From contig NC_042998.1 of NCBI RefSeq assembly GCF_006345805.1, forward strand, positions 89,528,001-89,592,000: a stretch of DNA of 64,000 bases. Reading direction: 5' to 3'. The position numbers and the translations under genes are program-made. Of the stretch, positions 39,224 to 54,987 are shown in pieces (the stretch's first letter is position 1; each line of letters opens with the position of its first letter). The notes below the pieces were generated by a model. That model was not told the DNA's origin. It ran no database searches and worked only from the letters and a program-made list of their open reading frames with translations. Source of the stretch: Octopus sinensis. Its lineage: Eukaryota.

Positions 39224-39976
39224 GTATGTTTGCAAAAGAAGTTATGGGGGACTCTCGAGGGTGGTATCATTTACGCCAGAATGTATTGTAGGGAGTGGCT
39301 GCAAGTTGTTGCTTTTCAGAAGGAAATGGGGAAGCATAACTGAAACTTGGGGGTACGCCAATAAAACACCGTACCCTCTGTAATGAAAAGATTTAACATG
39401 AAATTTTTAATCCAGTACTATGTCTGTTGGCGATCAACTTAGCTAAAAGACCCTTGTGAGACACACCGTTCGTGGCCAGAGTGTGCGATTCAATTTCTAC
39501 CAATGCTACAACTCTGTATTAGTGTAAGTCGACTTAGTTGTCTAAAGGGATTATGAAGGAGATATGGTTTGCTTTCTTAAAGAATAGGAACGTCATAAAA
39601 TTTCTGCCTTCTGATTTGTCTTGAAGGATTGAATTCAAATGCTGCCATATGTACACAAGATTGATTTATCGTATGAAGACTGTAAGACTTCAACTTTTTC
39701 AGTGGTCTCAGCAAAGGAACTACCTAATTGCAAAGATTCAAGCTTAATTCGGAAGCTGTTGTAAAATTTCGTGTGAAACAAATCTAGAAATAGTTATGTG
39801 AGATATTTTTGCAAGAATTTTTCCAAATAATTTCCATATTGTTTGTCATATGAATTAAAGTTGCTATGACAACATTAGATCTGGCATTGGGTTTTTTGCC
39901 CCTAGAATTTATTTTCAGTGAGTATACTTATTAGCATTACTTGATATCTGTAAGTAGTTGCGGGTGTGTTCATGCA

Positions 39977-40064
<88 letters not shown>

Positions 40065-40087
40065 GGGAGAGAGAGAGAGAGAGAGAG

Positions 40088-40134
<47 letters not shown>

Positions 40135-40223
40135 TTGAATGTGTTTGTGTATGTATGGTCGAATTTCTAACTGGCACTGAAGCGGAATTCGTAAATATAG
40201 TCTACCATTTAGTTTTATTTTTT

Positions 40224-40718
40224 ACTAGCAGTATCGCCCGGCGTTGCTCGGGTCTGTAAGGGAAATAACTATATAAGCATTTTTAGATGCCAATTCGGGC
40301 TTTCTTAGCCATTTTTGTTTTGGTGTCTTCAAGCCATGAAGTCGTTGTTCTAAAAGAACGCTGGTTTCCTTCATAACGCATTACGACGTTGATTTCTTTA
40401 CACTCCCTTCCCCACAGGTTCACGAGGGAGGGAAGGGGGAGAAGCAAACAGGTGCAGCTGTGAGCGTGGACGCCAACTTCGCCGCCATCGACACACGATG
40501 CATTTTATGCATTAAAATGGAATAAAAAATGATGTTAAATTATTTTAAAAATCGTAGACTCATCGTTGACGCGCGCTAATAGTCAGACGGGCTCGATATG
40601 AATCACGACTATAAGATACCCGAATTTGGTTAAACTGCACCGCAAAATGTGGGAGGAGTTAGGAATCTAAATCGAAGGGGACAGACACTCACACAACTAG
40701 AGTTTTATATATATAGAT
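40224..40718 (+). mobile_element. Helitron/HINE-like non-autonomous element
   Basis: Starts actagcagtatcgcccggcgttgctcggg in a T-run; ends ggacagacactcacacaactagagttttatatatatagat before TT. Confidence 0.75.
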
Positions 40719-41849
40719 TTCTAGATCTTTTGCCATTTTATCTATTTGTTTATTTTCATATTTCAAGTTGTCGCTTAGCTTCGTTTCACATCGGAAGCCC
40801 CGAGAAGTTTAGGCTCACGTGACTTTGTGCACAATTTCTAATGGTGTCAAGCGTCTAACAAGGACGTCAAAAACGACAACAAAGACAATGACGGAAAATA
40901 CGTCAACAACAAAGCAATAAGTAGCAAAACAATAATATAGTGTGTATAAAAAGAGAATAATGGGAATAAAAACTATTTTATATGGGTACAAAACGTGTGT
41001 TTTATAAAGAAAAGGAAATACGAGGACGTGACATTGTTTTTCCCAAGGAAATCGTATCTTGGCGATTGCAGCAAGCAAGAACAATAACAATAGATACAAT
41101 AGCGATAACAATAACTATTTCATACACAATCACCACGCTTCATATTGAAGTGAGAAAGAAAAATGAGATTGTGCGACTTATGTACATTTTTCAATCGTTT
41201 AGTTAAGTGCGTTTAGTGAATTGAAAATCGAAACTACTACACAAATGTTTTGGCTTTCAGGAAATTTACTTCTGACTCTACTGCGTTTTCATTAAAAAAA
41301 GCATAACTAATGACCATTATCACTGCCTTCATCGTCGTCGTCGTCGTCGTCGTCGTCACCACTACCACCACCCTTATCATCATCATCATCATCGTCATCG
41401 TTGTCGTTGTCGTCAGTCATATAAATTTCTTCTAGTATAGAAACGCGGCCGAGAATCTTAAAGCAAGTTACAATCGATTATATCGACCCCACCACCTTTC
41501 ACCAGTATTTGACTGATAGTTTTATTTATCGACTTCAGGAGGTTGAGCGGCAATCTTCATTTCCATAGGATTCGAACTCAGAACATGTAGGAGTGCAACT
41601 AAATATCAAAGCTCTAACTATTCTGTCCATCCCATGTCATTCATTAATGTGCGGTGGCTAGCTGTCAATAAGACACCATAGAATGGTGAATAGAAATACG
41701 TTGCAGTATAAAGGTACACCGCTTTACGTTCAGAGATGAAAACCAAACTCATCAGGTCAAATTCGCCTTACATTCTTATATACAAGTGTCGATCTAATCG
41801 ACTACAAGCCCTGAAAATTTTACGACTTCATACTATTATGCTTATTATT

Positions 41850-42180
41850 TTCGGTCATTGCACTGCAGTCATGCAGGAATACTGCCTTGTAGGATTAGAT
41901 GAACAAAATGACCCATTACTTATTTTAAGCCTGGTACTTATTCTATCGGGCTCATTTGCTGAGCCACTAAGGTATGGGGATGTAAACAAATCAACACTGA
42001 TTGTCAAGCGGTAAGGGAGACAAACACAAAGGCGCGCGCACTCACACACACACAGTTACCATCTACCAATATTCACTCACAAGGCATTAGTAGGCCCGGA
42101 GCTAAAGTATAAGTCATTGGCCGAAGGTGACTCTAAGACACCTGGTTGCAAAGCGAACATCTTAACCACATGGTATGCCT
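41850..42180 (-). mobile_element. Composite tRNA-SINE copy (degenerate)
   Basis: Homologous to 29040-29465. Confidence 0.65.
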
Positions 42181-42303
42181 GCGCCTAAATCCTTAAGACT
42201 GCCTTCCGGAGTCAATACAATACGTAACCGCTATGTCCAGGAAACTATTAAATCAACTACATCTCTACCTCAAAATGCATCGCCTCGTGCCAGTGTTAGT
42301 AAA

Positions 42304-42334
<31 letters not shown>

Positions 42335-43735
42335 GTTTCAGAAAATACGGCGCTGTTGGCATTTAGTTCCAACTCAGCGATTTCTTTGTAGCAGTTTGCT
42401 GGATGGATTTTTAGAATAACATGAGTTTTGTTTAAAGAATTCTGTTAGCTACATACTACTACTCTCCCGTATCTTACTCTTGCTCGACATTGAAACGACA
42501 GGGTAATCATCAATATGCGATCTAATGTTCAGCATAATTCTCCTTCCTCACACTCTTCGTTTCTTCTCGATCCACTGTACACACATCTGCAACACTCTCT
42601 TCACCTTGCCAGCAATGTTTTTAACAGCTAAATTTAGTTCTGCTTTTCTTTGGTGGGTTGATAAGATATGATAACAGAAAACGCTGTGGTTGTGTTATTT
42701 CTCCAGGAGGTGCATGTTTTTCGGGGTTTTTTTCACCCCCTACCCTTTCTGAATGTTTTCATATTCTGTGTACCGACACATTACGACTACAACCGATTAT
42801 ATGCACGCACTTACTTGTACACACATACACGCGTTCACACTCTCATGTTCTTATATATGAATGGACGACTAGGTGGGAATGTACTCAAATGTACCTATGT
42901 GCACAGAAATGTATATACGAGAGTATTTATGCATGCAGTTAGCATTTTACAATATTTCACAAACAAAAACTTAACTAAATATATTAATTATCAAGCCTGA
43001 CTTCTGTAGATACTTTTCTGTAGAACTTCTTATTCTTCACTAATCATATATACATTGTTATCCTTCTTACCGCATATCCGAACTGGCTGAAATTCTTGTA
43101 TGTTGGTGGGAGCATTAGAGATATATGTTGGTCTTCAAAACAAGAGCTTTTTTTGTTTCTTTCTGGGTATGTGCAGTATTTCTGCCTTAGTGCTGTTCAA
43201 TGAGACTAGTTTGCACTCCGACTTCATTACAGGATGTTTTAAAGGCCTTAACATTCTATGTTTGCTAAAGGTTCGCCTTCAAATATGTCTTCGAGATGTG
43301 GCACCTGTTCACAGAATATGAAAAAGTAAAGGTGGGATGTCATCTATACATGAGTACGGGGTGAGAGAGGGGTGGTCGAGAAAGGCGACAGGAAGGAAGG
43401 AAGGAAGGAAAGAAAGAAAGAAAAAAAGAAAGAAAGAAAGAAAGAAAAGACGCATGAATACTTGTATGTGAGCTTTGCTAAATGTTTATATGCTTAGCAA
43501 GCCTTCAAGTCAAGTGAACAGTATTTGCAGCAACAGAGTAAGCTAGCTATGTGTACAACAGCTGGACTCTTTTCCGTCACATGGCGATGCTTTTGTCACT
43601 GTATATTTTACCGACCGACACGGGTATCGTGAAGTTTGAATCATTTGGCATCATAATTGAACGTACCGTTGCCGGGTTATGTTTCACATGATTTACTATG
43701 CTATCTCATATTTTTATCCCGTTGCATATGCATCG

Positions 43736-43848
43736 CTCTCTCTCCCCTAACCTTAACCCCTCCTCTCTCTCTCTCCCCTAACCTTAACCCCCCTCTCTCT
43801 CTCCCCTAACCTTAACCCCCCTCTCTCTCTCTCCCCTAACCTTAACCC

Positions 43849-43849
<1 letters not shown>
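43736..43849. repeat. Minisatellite (CT)n-cccctaaccttaacccc x4
   Basis: Direct reading. Confidence 0.9.
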
Positions 43850-43905
<56 letters not shown>

Positions 43906-44039
43906 ACTTTTTAATCAGCGTAATTTTAATTCACACTTTATCATATCTTAGAAGGTCAGATAATGTAGATTAACAAGTATACTATGATTTGTCTATCGCT
44001 CTCTCTTTATATGTATCTGTGTACGTATACATATATGTA

Positions 44040-44070
<31 letters not shown>

Positions 44071-44106
44071 ATATTCATATAGGCATATATGTACATATAT
44101 ATATAT

Positions 44107-44137
<31 letters not shown>

Positions 44138-46409
44138 GACATTATAATTTAGGGTATCTTAGAGATACCACCGCGTTGCAAAGAGCAGCCAAAACTTGAC
44201 TCTAAAACCCACATTAAATGTTCATACAGCATCAGGAGAGAATGTTTTTATTCCCATGCTGACCACTTGATAAAATCGATATTTAAATAACGATCTTATC
44301 CTTATTTATATAAATATATATATATGCACTCATATTTGTATATATACGTATACAAACATGTATATACAAACTTATATTCATATAGATACGTATGTATGTA
44401 CTATGTATGTATTATGTGAATGAATGAATGAATGAATGAATGAATAAATTGCTTCCGCTGGCACCAAGACTATATACCGATAGCCATGGTGAACAGCATC
44501 TGTAGAGAAATTGGTTAATGTAGGCTCTTCGGCTCGGGAAAGAAGACTTTCGACAAGTTTGGAATAGTGCTCACATCAGCTACCAGCTTCAAGTTGCAAC
44601 ATTGATATCAAAAGGAAAGTCTAATTTGGGTCTGTGATTTCATGAGTTAGAATGAAACACTTTGAATGTTGAAGTATGCATAAAAATTCGTAGACAACAT
44701 ATCTCGTGGTTGTTTGCAAAATGATTTGCCTTTTGATGAAAGGCAATATCATGATATTTCTACCCTTCTTCGACACAACACCTTCTACTTTAAAGAAAGC
44801 AGACAGAACTTAGTTATGAACTTTGTTATGGCCCACTGGTCATTTTGAAAGAGAGAGGCGGAAAGGAAATTGACTATGCAACCACAAGATGAGAAAAACC
44901 GTGACTGGCGTCACTTTCCGCTCCATGTTGGTGGGAGAAGGGAACAAGTGAACTTCATTTTTAAGCAGAGTTGTTTCTTTTAGTAGTAAGATTGGGTTTT
45001 CAAGGAGTGTTAAATATCTCTCGAATAAACTTGGAGTAATAAATCAAGATTTTAGTAACCCATTGGATTCTACAAATTTCTTAGTCTGACTGATACTTTC
45101 GTGTACCAATGTTGTTGTTAATTGCAGTGGTAAGTGAAAGTAACATGATAGTTGATGGAGAATCAGTCACTTAGAAAATCATTGATTCCTGGGTTGGTAA
45201 AGATAATTTATATAGTTTCTAAACTGCTGTAAATTTTGTGGAATACCCTCCAGTGTTGTAATGCGTATTGCGAAATTTAAATATGGCTAATGGATATTTG
45301 CAATGGAACCAGAATTAGAATAAACCACTGGCATGATTGCATGAATGAAGGTCCCACTGTCACAGAATAAACCTTGTCAGGATTAAACGGTGATTTTCGG
45401 GCACATTCCTGATTGTCACACTTACGTGATATTACAGCTTCCGGTTTTCAACGACCGGCAACAAACCTTAATGCCAGTCATGTTCTTTCTGATATATCTA
45501 TTTGTGCATGGACAATCGGTATAATGTTCTATCGTCAACAATACAGAAAGTTACAGGAATATTGGCAATGTCGTGAAATGTCTCTAGCATTGTGCATAAC
45601 GAACCTTTCCGGTGCTAATACTTTAATACTTACTTCTTTACTTTTATACCATCTGGATACTGCGCTCAGATAAATGCACTGTACTTATTACTGTTTTCTT
45701 TTCTTTTTTTAAGTCTATTTTAAGACTTCTAATCAGCAGCAGTAACAACAAACAACTGCTACCGAGCAAAACGACCCAGCACATTCATGTGCATACTAAT
45801 GTGAGTGTATGTGCTCGCACACGCCCAGACATTATCTGTCTGGCCGCAAGAAAATTCTGCCACTGTTTTTCAGAAATACTGTATTGTTCGTGGCTTTGCC
45901 CTTCAGTTGTCAGCCAGTAGCATTTCCCCGCTAATTAGTCTAATCTAGTCATTGTTTTTTTCTGCCTTTTTTTTTACGAGGGAGACAGTCGTAATAGTAG
46001 TGGTGGTGAAGTGTTTGTGGAAGTGAAAGGGTGGAAGGCAGACGATATTTGATTATTGTAGTCGTTATATGGTGCTGTTTTAGTTATCTTTATCTTTTTT
46101 AAGAGCTAAACTCTTTTTTCTTCGACTCCACGGTCGGTTAGTAACAGTTGCTTGATAAACGGCGCAGACAGCATATGTTTAACAAGGGGCTAAGGATGCT
46201 AATCTTTATTCTTATCAACAGAAAGTTGCTTGCTAGCGTCGATGTTGTTATCAACATCATAATCACCATTAACATCATCGTCGTCGTCAGCAGTGTCATT
46301 ATCAACATCAATATCAACGTCAAAAGCAGACACGCTATGACTGTTACTATGGTTACAAAAGTAATGATGTACATTTGAAGGATGTTAGAATGGCGTGAAG
46401 AAGTGTCAG

Positions 46410-46515
46410 AAGGCTAGAAAAAGAGAGAGAAAGCTAGAAAAAGAGAGAGAAGGCTAGAAAAAGAAGGAAGGCTAGAAAAAGAGAGAGGCGAGAAAAAGAA
46501 AGAAAAAGCTAGAAA
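46410..46515 (+). repeat. Purine-rich ~19 bp minisatellite (ggctagaaaaagagagag)
   Basis: About 5 imperfect copies. Confidence 0.8.
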
Positions 46516-48346
46516 ATGGGGTGGAGGGTTTGTTAATTAATTGATTAATTAATCTAACATTCAAGCCCGTTTAACAGTTAAACCACCATTTCTTTAGAAG
46601 TTAGGTATGCACATATTTATATGTATACGCATGCATATATATGTGTGCGCACATAGCATCTGGGAATAGGAGAGTGTCTGTGAATGTGTATGAGTGAGCG
46701 TATGTGCGTCTACTTGTGTGTATATGTGTGTTACTGGATGCATTTTATCACTTGTTTCCTTATAAAAAAATAACTAAATCGGAACTTCGCGTTTCACATA
46801 TTTAGCATTTTCTAATATCTTCCGTGTCTTATGCATCTTTTTAAGAACGAAATACATCTCGTTGCGTCTTCATGTCTAACGTTGAGTTTAACTTTGCCTT
46901 TCGTCCCTTTGAAGTCGATAAAAATATAACACTAGTCAAATACTGATGTCGATTTAAATGACTGCTGTTTCCCAAAAGCAAATCCTTAATCATATCATAT
47001 ATCTGTGTTCTCGCGTTTTCCATAATTGTCTTGTCTCTCACAAGATTCAGATACCTCGTATCTTTTACATCAATTAAACCACTGATGTCGTTATTCTATA
47101 GCCTCCAAAATTAACATTTACATTTTTCACCTTCTAACTATCTCATAGCTTTCAAATCATCCACATTTCTTATGCTGGTTTTCATTTTTTTTTTTTGGTT
47201 TCCATCACCCTCCTTATATTTTGACATCTTATCAAACCAGTTTAGTATATTATAAAGAAGGATACTGCGTTAAATGTGTTAAAATGAAGTTATTAATATC
47301 TCAAAAGTATGGCTGCAGCTACCGTAAATGGCGACACCATCATTAAGATAAGTCTTCTGTCATTTCAAGTTTAAAATATATATTCTATTAATAGTTCAGG
47401 GTGTTAACAGCAACACGTAATTTGCAGTGCCAAACTGAACGGTAAAAGTTGATTGGGTCACTGGCTTTCTAAGGTTTCTTTGAATGTGATAGATATACAA
47501 AATCTATCATTATCTGAGTAAATGAGTCAACTTCATGGTCTTTAGTAATAAGATTTACAGTCTACTGAATATATCATCAAGATCATCAAATTTGGGAGGT
47601 AAACTTGTATTATCGCCGAAATTTGTAAGAAATAATTGCCTACGAGGAAAAATGACATGAAATCATAAATATTTTTCTATTGATGATTGACAGTTTAAAA
47701 GTTATTCATTCACAGTTAAATATATATAGGATTTCTTAGATTCCACAATTGGACTACACTCATTGCTACGCATACAAACATATAGCTCCATAATGTGCGT
47801 ATGCTTGTTTATATGTGTGTATGTGTGTGTGTGCGTGTGCGTGCGAGCACGTATGCATGCGTGCTTGTGTGTGCGCGCGTGCGCATGGAGACAGATAAAC
47901 AGAAAATAATCATTTACAAAATATGGTGATGAGAGAGGATCATAGTAGGTTAACGCTCACACGTATATAGGAGAACGAGAGAAACTGCCAGAGCATGTAC
48001 TTTCACTAACATGCAAATGTCTAATGACAAAAGAAAGATCGGCTTCAAAACTGAAATGTGACACTTTCTCTATGCAATCAATATCTCTAAATGATATATT
48101 AATACTCTTAAGAAAAAAACGAACGTTAAACTTCATTGTCATACTCTCTTATAAATATGGGTCCTTCCCTTCTCCGATAGGGTAACGGAGTTGTCCATGG
48201 GAAAGAAGATAATATGATATCTGAACAGGTCTGGACCAACAATTTAGAGAGATAGACATGATAATTCTTTCTACAAGGCCTGAAATTTTGAGTGGGAGGG
48301 AGCAAGTCGATTGCATCTACACCAGTGCTCAACTGGTACTTATTAA

Positions 48347-48905
48347 GACGGCGAGCTGGCAGAAACGTTAGCACGCCGGGCGAAATGCTTAGCGGTATTT
48401 CGTCTGCGTTACGTTGTGAGTTCAAATTCCGCCTAGGTCGACTTTGCCTTTCATCCTTTCGGGGTCGATAAATTAAGTACCAGTTACGCACTGGGGTCGA
48501 TGCAATCGACTTAATACCTATGTCTGTCCTTGTTTGTCCCCTCTGTGTTTAGCCCCTTGTGGGTAATAAAGAAATAGGTACTTATTTAACCGACTCTGAA
48601 AGGATAAAAGGAGAAGTCAACCTTGGCAAAATTTGAAAGAAATGCCGCTACAGATTTTGTCTGGCGTGCTAACGATTCTGCTAGTTCACTGCCTTGCCTG
48701 AAATTAATAATAATGTCAAATTTTGGCACCCTGCCAGCAGTTTTAGGGGAAAGGGATTGACTGCCACATATTTCATCGAGTCCGAAAGGATGAAAGGCAA
48801 AGTCGACATCGGTGGAATTTGAACTCAGAACGTAACGATGGACGAAATACCGCTAAGCATTTTGGCTGGCGTGCTAACAATTCTGATAGCTCACCGCCTT
48901 GCCTT
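48347..48905. mobile_element. tRNA-SINE (+, 48347-48582) followed by two inverted partial copies
   Basis: aagacggcgagctggcagaaacgttagcacgccgggcgaaatgcttagcgg..., with reverse copies near 48590-48700 and 48770-48905. Confidence 0.85.
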
Positions 48906-49251
48906 CAATATTATAATAATAATGCCAGAGTATAATCGAGCTCTTCTGATTGTAAAATATATTTTAAGTTTTAGGAAAGAAACCATCAAACGTAATATGT
49001 AGATTGTCGAGTTGATAGATTATTAGACTACCAGACAATTATGGAGTTGATGTATTGCCTTAACTTCTAAATATCATCCCGATATTCCGCTAATTCTGGC
49101 TTGTAAAGTAGTTTCATTCAATGTAGTCGCTTCAATATTTCATTCAAAGTAGTCGCTTATTTGTTTGAACTTGTTGACTCAAGAGAAGACACGTCATTCT
49201 AAGTTTAATTTGATTTATTCCCAAGAATTGTGCCTTTTCCTTGCTCGCACG

Positions 49252-49315
<64 letters not shown>

Positions 49316-49957
49316 ATATTCAAGAACATTTCAATATTAAACTAAATCTGATGTTATTCTTAACAACTAAATCTGATGTTATTCTTAACGACTTAAAACT
49401 AACTTATTATGAATATCATTTCTTTTTCTTTCTTCCTTTATTACATGATTATAAGCATTTTGTAAACTCTAAATTCTCCATCAAAATTGACCGGACTGGA
49501 ATTTTGGTAACAGAGTGAAATAAGATGGATGGTGAATAATTTTGCTTTGTCAACAGAATTTAAGCCGTTGAAAAGGAAATTAACGATGTGTCAATTTGCG
49601 TCTGCGAGAAAACAGACACTTCAAGAGAGTTTATTCAACTAGACCCGGAAGAATTCCATTACACATCTATGATAAGAAAAAAAAAAGATTATATAATGTT
49701 TAGCTTAGTAAAACTAATATGTAATAAAATATAATGAAGTTTTATCAACAACAAAGTAAAAATACTTTTCTAAGAAAGCAAAAGTCAGAAGGAAAAGAGA
49801 TAGGAAGAAGAGAAAGTGGAAGGAAATGGAGGAAAAATCTAATTAGAGAGTTGTTTTTGTGTTCATCTTAACTCGTTCATTTACAAATATCTAATTTCCC
49901 ACATTGCTGCTTGCAGTTTGGTGATTTATTTTAATCGGATAGCTTTTAAATGTTACC

Positions 49958-50008
<51 letters not shown>

Positions 50009-50012
50009 CCTT

Positions 50013-50089
<77 letters not shown>

Positions 50090-50454
50090 TTTGCATCGCC
50101 CTCCCCACGCTTGCTAGATTTGCTATTTGTATTATTTGTACACTTTCAGAACGGTAGACTTACGTTTGGCCTACATTCTCGAGATCTCTTGACTCTAGAG
50201 ATTTTTAGGTCTAGAACTAAGGCCAGTGATGCATATATTTAATTGCAAGGTGAACAAGACTTTGAACCTTATCGTCCTATCTTTGGTTCAAATATGACAC
50301 TTAAAACTAAATATATGCTGTAGCATTTCGCACTAGCGTGTTTAAACAAGAAAATATCTAAGCATACATATAAGCTGTATAATTCCATGTAGTGGTTGTT
50401 CAGATATCGTGCAAGTTTTAAACATACATTCTTTTTTATTCTTTTTTCTTTTAT

Positions 50455-50820
50455 TTGTTTCAGTCATTTGACTGAGTCCATGCTGGAGCACCGTCTTTAG
50501 TCGAGCATATTTACCCCAGGACTTATTATTTGCAAGCCTAGTACTTATTCTATCGATCTCTTTGCGGAATCACTAAGTTACGGGGACGTAAACACACCTG
50601 CATCGGTTGTCAAGCGATGGTGGGGAAACAAGCACAGACACACATACACATATATAGATACATATATATACACAACGGGCTTCTTTCAGTTTCTGTCTAC
50701 CAAATCCACTCACAAGGTTTTGGTCGACCCGAGGCTATATTAGAAGACACTTGCCCAAAGTGCCACGCAGTGGGACTGAACCCGGAACCATGTGGTTGGT
50801 AAGCAAGCTACTTACCACAC
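50455..50820 (-). mobile_element. Composite tRNA-SINE copy
   Basis: Homologous to 29040-29465. Confidence 0.85.
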
Positions 50821-50888
50821 ACGTATGCATGTATATATATGCATGTATATATGTATGCATGTATATATATATGTATGTATATATATGC

Positions 50889-50928
<40 letters not shown>

Positions 50929-51228
50929 ATAGAGTGTAAGATGTGATGTACTGAAATTGAATATTGAGAAAAGATCTGACGTCAGAATTTTGTAAAAAAA
51001 ATCTCTTTATTTTTTTCATTATTATTAGCGCTTTCGTTCCTTTCACGAACTTGTCAAATAAAATTTTGTGTTATGTACAAACTGCTTGTTCATTTATATG
51101 AAACAGATGTTTTTTGTGGGGTTTTGTTTAGAAGAGAACATTGTTTTTATTTTTAGGGGTGAAGTTCCATGACAGTAGAGATGGATAGATAGAAATATAG
51201 GTAGGTAGATAGGCTGATAGATAGATAA

Positions 51229-51305
<77 letters not shown>

Positions 51306-51915
51306 CAGATAGGTAGAGGGAGAGAGAAGGGGTATCACCCTTCCTATTCACCATTAATTAATTTATTTATTTATTTGGTCCTTTACCATGTATTGGAATG
51401 GGTTTAAGGATAGTGACCTCTTCAATATATATATATATATATAAATAAATATATGTATATATATATAATGTATGTGTATATGTATGTAGATGTATAATCG
51501 TTTTGCACGGTAAGATGACTTAGGCAAAGAAAGCTTAGTGTCACTTAAATAGAAATATATTATGGCCAGAACTTTTTTCGAAGACTAACTCATTATTTCG
51601 AAAAACCAATGCTAAAAAGTGCTTTCCGCTCCAGTTTTATGAACACTTATTTAGCTGTTAAGTGTAAATGAATCCGGTTTTCGGTGGGGAATCTTTTTCC
51701 TTATTTAACAACAAATGCTTATCGAGATATTTCCTTAATAGTATTACATAATGTATAAAGAGAAGCGAGGGTTCAGTAATACTTTTCATTTCTTATATAA
51801 AGGTTTATAAGTAATGAAAGTCATTTTCTGAAATGCTATTTATGTGACCATAAATAAGCATCGAGTATAAGTCGAGAAATCTTATGTATATGAATTTACA
51901 TGCCTTGCATAACTT

Positions 51916-54300
51916 AGATATGTTTCGACCAAAGATTGGTTCAGGCCATATCTAACTTCATAACACTACCTGATAGGATTAACTAAATCCTTTTTTAGTC
52001 AAGTTTTGAGGTATCATGGTCCATTCGAGTAGGGAATTTTTGTTGAGTGAGTTGTATCCAGGTATAAGTGGCTTATCTGGTATTCCTTGAAGAAATTTAT
52101 CACAATTCCGTTTAAAGGTAATGGGATCCTTTCCTTCTTTGATGTGTTTCGGGACAATGTAAAATAGGGCAAGGCCTGTTGAGGAAAAAAATTATTTTGC
52201 AGTGTATTTATGTGATGTGATCCTAGCGCCGGATTAATTTTGAAGCTAATGTTGAGGTCGTTTGGGCAATGCTGGTGGTATATTCTCCACATCGTGCAAA
52301 TGATGTATCGCTCACAGTGATGCTAGAGAGAATACAGTTTCAATGCTTTAAGGCAGTCTCAATAATCGAGATCAGTCATGCCCTTGATTCTTTTAGTGAA
52401 TGACGTCTGAGGTGATTCAATTTTCCAAATGTTTTGTTTTGCATGAGGAGACTACAGGGGGGAGAGTATTCGAGGTGTGGCCATTTAAAGGAGGAGAAAA
52501 GAGTAATTATGATACCTTGTTCCCTGGATTGGAAGGTTCTTAGGATCCAGGAGCTCATCCATCAAACTATATCGACCTTATTGTCGATGTGGGCACTCCA
52601 GCTGAGATTGTTGTCAACAACTACTCCTAGGTCTCTGATATTATTAGATACTGAGTGGTTCCCCCGAAGGAAGACAATATGGCTGTTTTAGCTAAGTTTT
52701 TCTTCCAAAATGTATCAGCTCAAATTTTCTCCCGTTTAGTTACATTTCGTTTTTGTCTACCCATTGACTCACAGCATGTAGATCAGACTGGAATTCAGTT
52801 CGATCTTCTTCATTGATAATTTTCTGGAGCTTAGAGTCACCAGCGAATATTTTCACTTTGCTGTGTTTTATAACCCTGGAAAAGTCGTTTATATAGACTA
52901 TCAAAAGAAGCGGGTCCAAGACAGTGTTTCGAGGAACACTACAAGTGACTTTTGCTGGGCTTGAGTGGATTCCACTGATCACATGTTGTGTTCCGTTCTC
53001 CAGGAAATACTCAAGCCAGGGTAGTAGTTTTCCACGGATTTCAACATTTGACAATTTTGACAGTAGGACATTATTGTCGGCTCTGTCGAACGCTTTACGG
53101 AAGTCAAGATATATGACATCAGAGTTCGAACCAGCTCCGAAGGCTTTAAGGATATCATCGATATGGTGTAAGAGCTGTGTTAGATAGTCCTTGCCGCAAC
53201 GAAAGCCATACTGGTTTGAATTTAGGCAATTGTGGATCTCCAGAAAGCTAGCTATCCTTGATCTCACCACCCTTTCAAACACTTTAATGATATGGGAGGT
53301 GAGTGAGATTGGGCGATATTTGACTGCGAGGGATTTGTTTCCCTGCTTGAAAACAGGGATAACAGACAGGGATAAGAGCTGTTTCGGTATATAACCTGAG
53401 TCTAAAAGATTTCTCCAGATGTTGATTAGAGGGACTGCGAGTTTGTGTCTATATTCTTTCAGGAAACTAGCGGGGAATCTATCAGGGCCTACAGCAGAAT
53501 AGTATTTTGATCTCATTTATTGCTGCTTTGATACCTGAAGCAGTAAAGGTTATGTTGGAGATTATATGTCGCGAATCGACTTCGTTCACATCCCTTACGT
53601 CAATATCAGTAATATGTGAAATGTTGTGAATATATATAAGTACCATACCTAGAGTCTGCCACCGACCAATGCTCATGCACGTAAAAGATCACCAAAAATG
53701 CAGAGAATTGTTATTATTCAGAAGTTGTTGTTTTTGTTTTTTTGTGGCGTTACTTTACTTTGTTATCAGGGCATCATAGGGAGGAATTTCCATGATCTCT
53801 CAAAATTGACATCGACTCTGGTTGGTGCCGGATCTAATTCATCGCTAATTCGCCTAACCTTTTGATCCTTTACTACCTTTAGTTGAGCTCACTCCGTTTC
53901 TAACATTCGAATCAGATCACTGGCCTAAGCATAAATATTGTTGCATTATTTTTGCTGAACACATAAATCATAGTCCACACCCACTCTGCCCTGAAGGTTC
54001 TTCAAATGTTATTTACAGTTTTTCTATCGCTTACAGAGCCATAAAAAATCCAAGATTTTATCTATAGATCAAATCTCGAAGTGTCTGAAATCGGAATGTT
54101 AACTGGATAATTTTCCTTGGCCATGAATGTTACACAAATATATGTCAGTTTGTATTTTATGCCAGTGATGATCAAGTTGGTAGCTGCACGTTCATGTAGC
54201 TGAATAGAATTGCCTTCCTTCGGATAATATATGTTGCATGTACTTATTAATTGAATCGTGGACCCATGTTGAGACACAAGCCGTTAATACTTTGATTGAA
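51916..54300 (-). mobile_element. CR1-type LINE ORF2 (RT) remnant
   Basis: ORF 52740-53516: GPDRFPASFLKE, YRPISLTSHIIKVFE, QYGFR, VIYLDFRKAFD, VPRNTVLDPLLLIVYIND; outer boundaries approximate. Confidence 0.9.
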
Positions 54301-54870
54301 AATCTAGCAGCATATTCATAAGATAATCTTAATAAAATGCCGATTGCTTTTGTCGTAATATGTTAGACGTTACATCGATCAGAACATCTTTGAGAAAGAT
54401 ATATTAGAAAAAGATACAAGTTGTTTCAAAAACAGTCTTATGATCTATCTTTACCAAACCTGAGCGACATTTGATAGAATTAACAAAAAGTTTTACAAAT
54501 ACCAAAATACTCATACAAAAATAGATATTATATTTGATCCACGGGAACACAAAAGAAGAAAAAAGACTGTCGACACATTATTTTCGATTGAGAAGAAACC
54601 ATTTTTTAATGTAAGAAGTAAATCTCTATATTAGTTTACTTAAAAACTTCATCTGAAGAATTGCGAAATGTCTTTTTAAATATCAGTTTCTTTTCATTAA
54701 GCACAGATCGATATTTTCTTTAATTGGAGCAGTATAAACAATTAAATTGATCACAGAAAATCGCTTGTACTCACTTTACTATTTAAACTAGTAAATTAGT
54801 AAATTCGAAAATAGCTGGATTCTACTCTTTTACTATCATAGGTTTAACAAATGCTTGATTTATTCACAGT

Positions 54871-54937
<67 letters not shown>

Positions 54938-54987
54938 CTTTATTATTATTAAAGCTGCAAAGACAACACAAAAATATCACAAAAAAT

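Noticed and set aside
44480-45420. Possible decayed transposase region
   Set aside because: No motif could be read with confidence.
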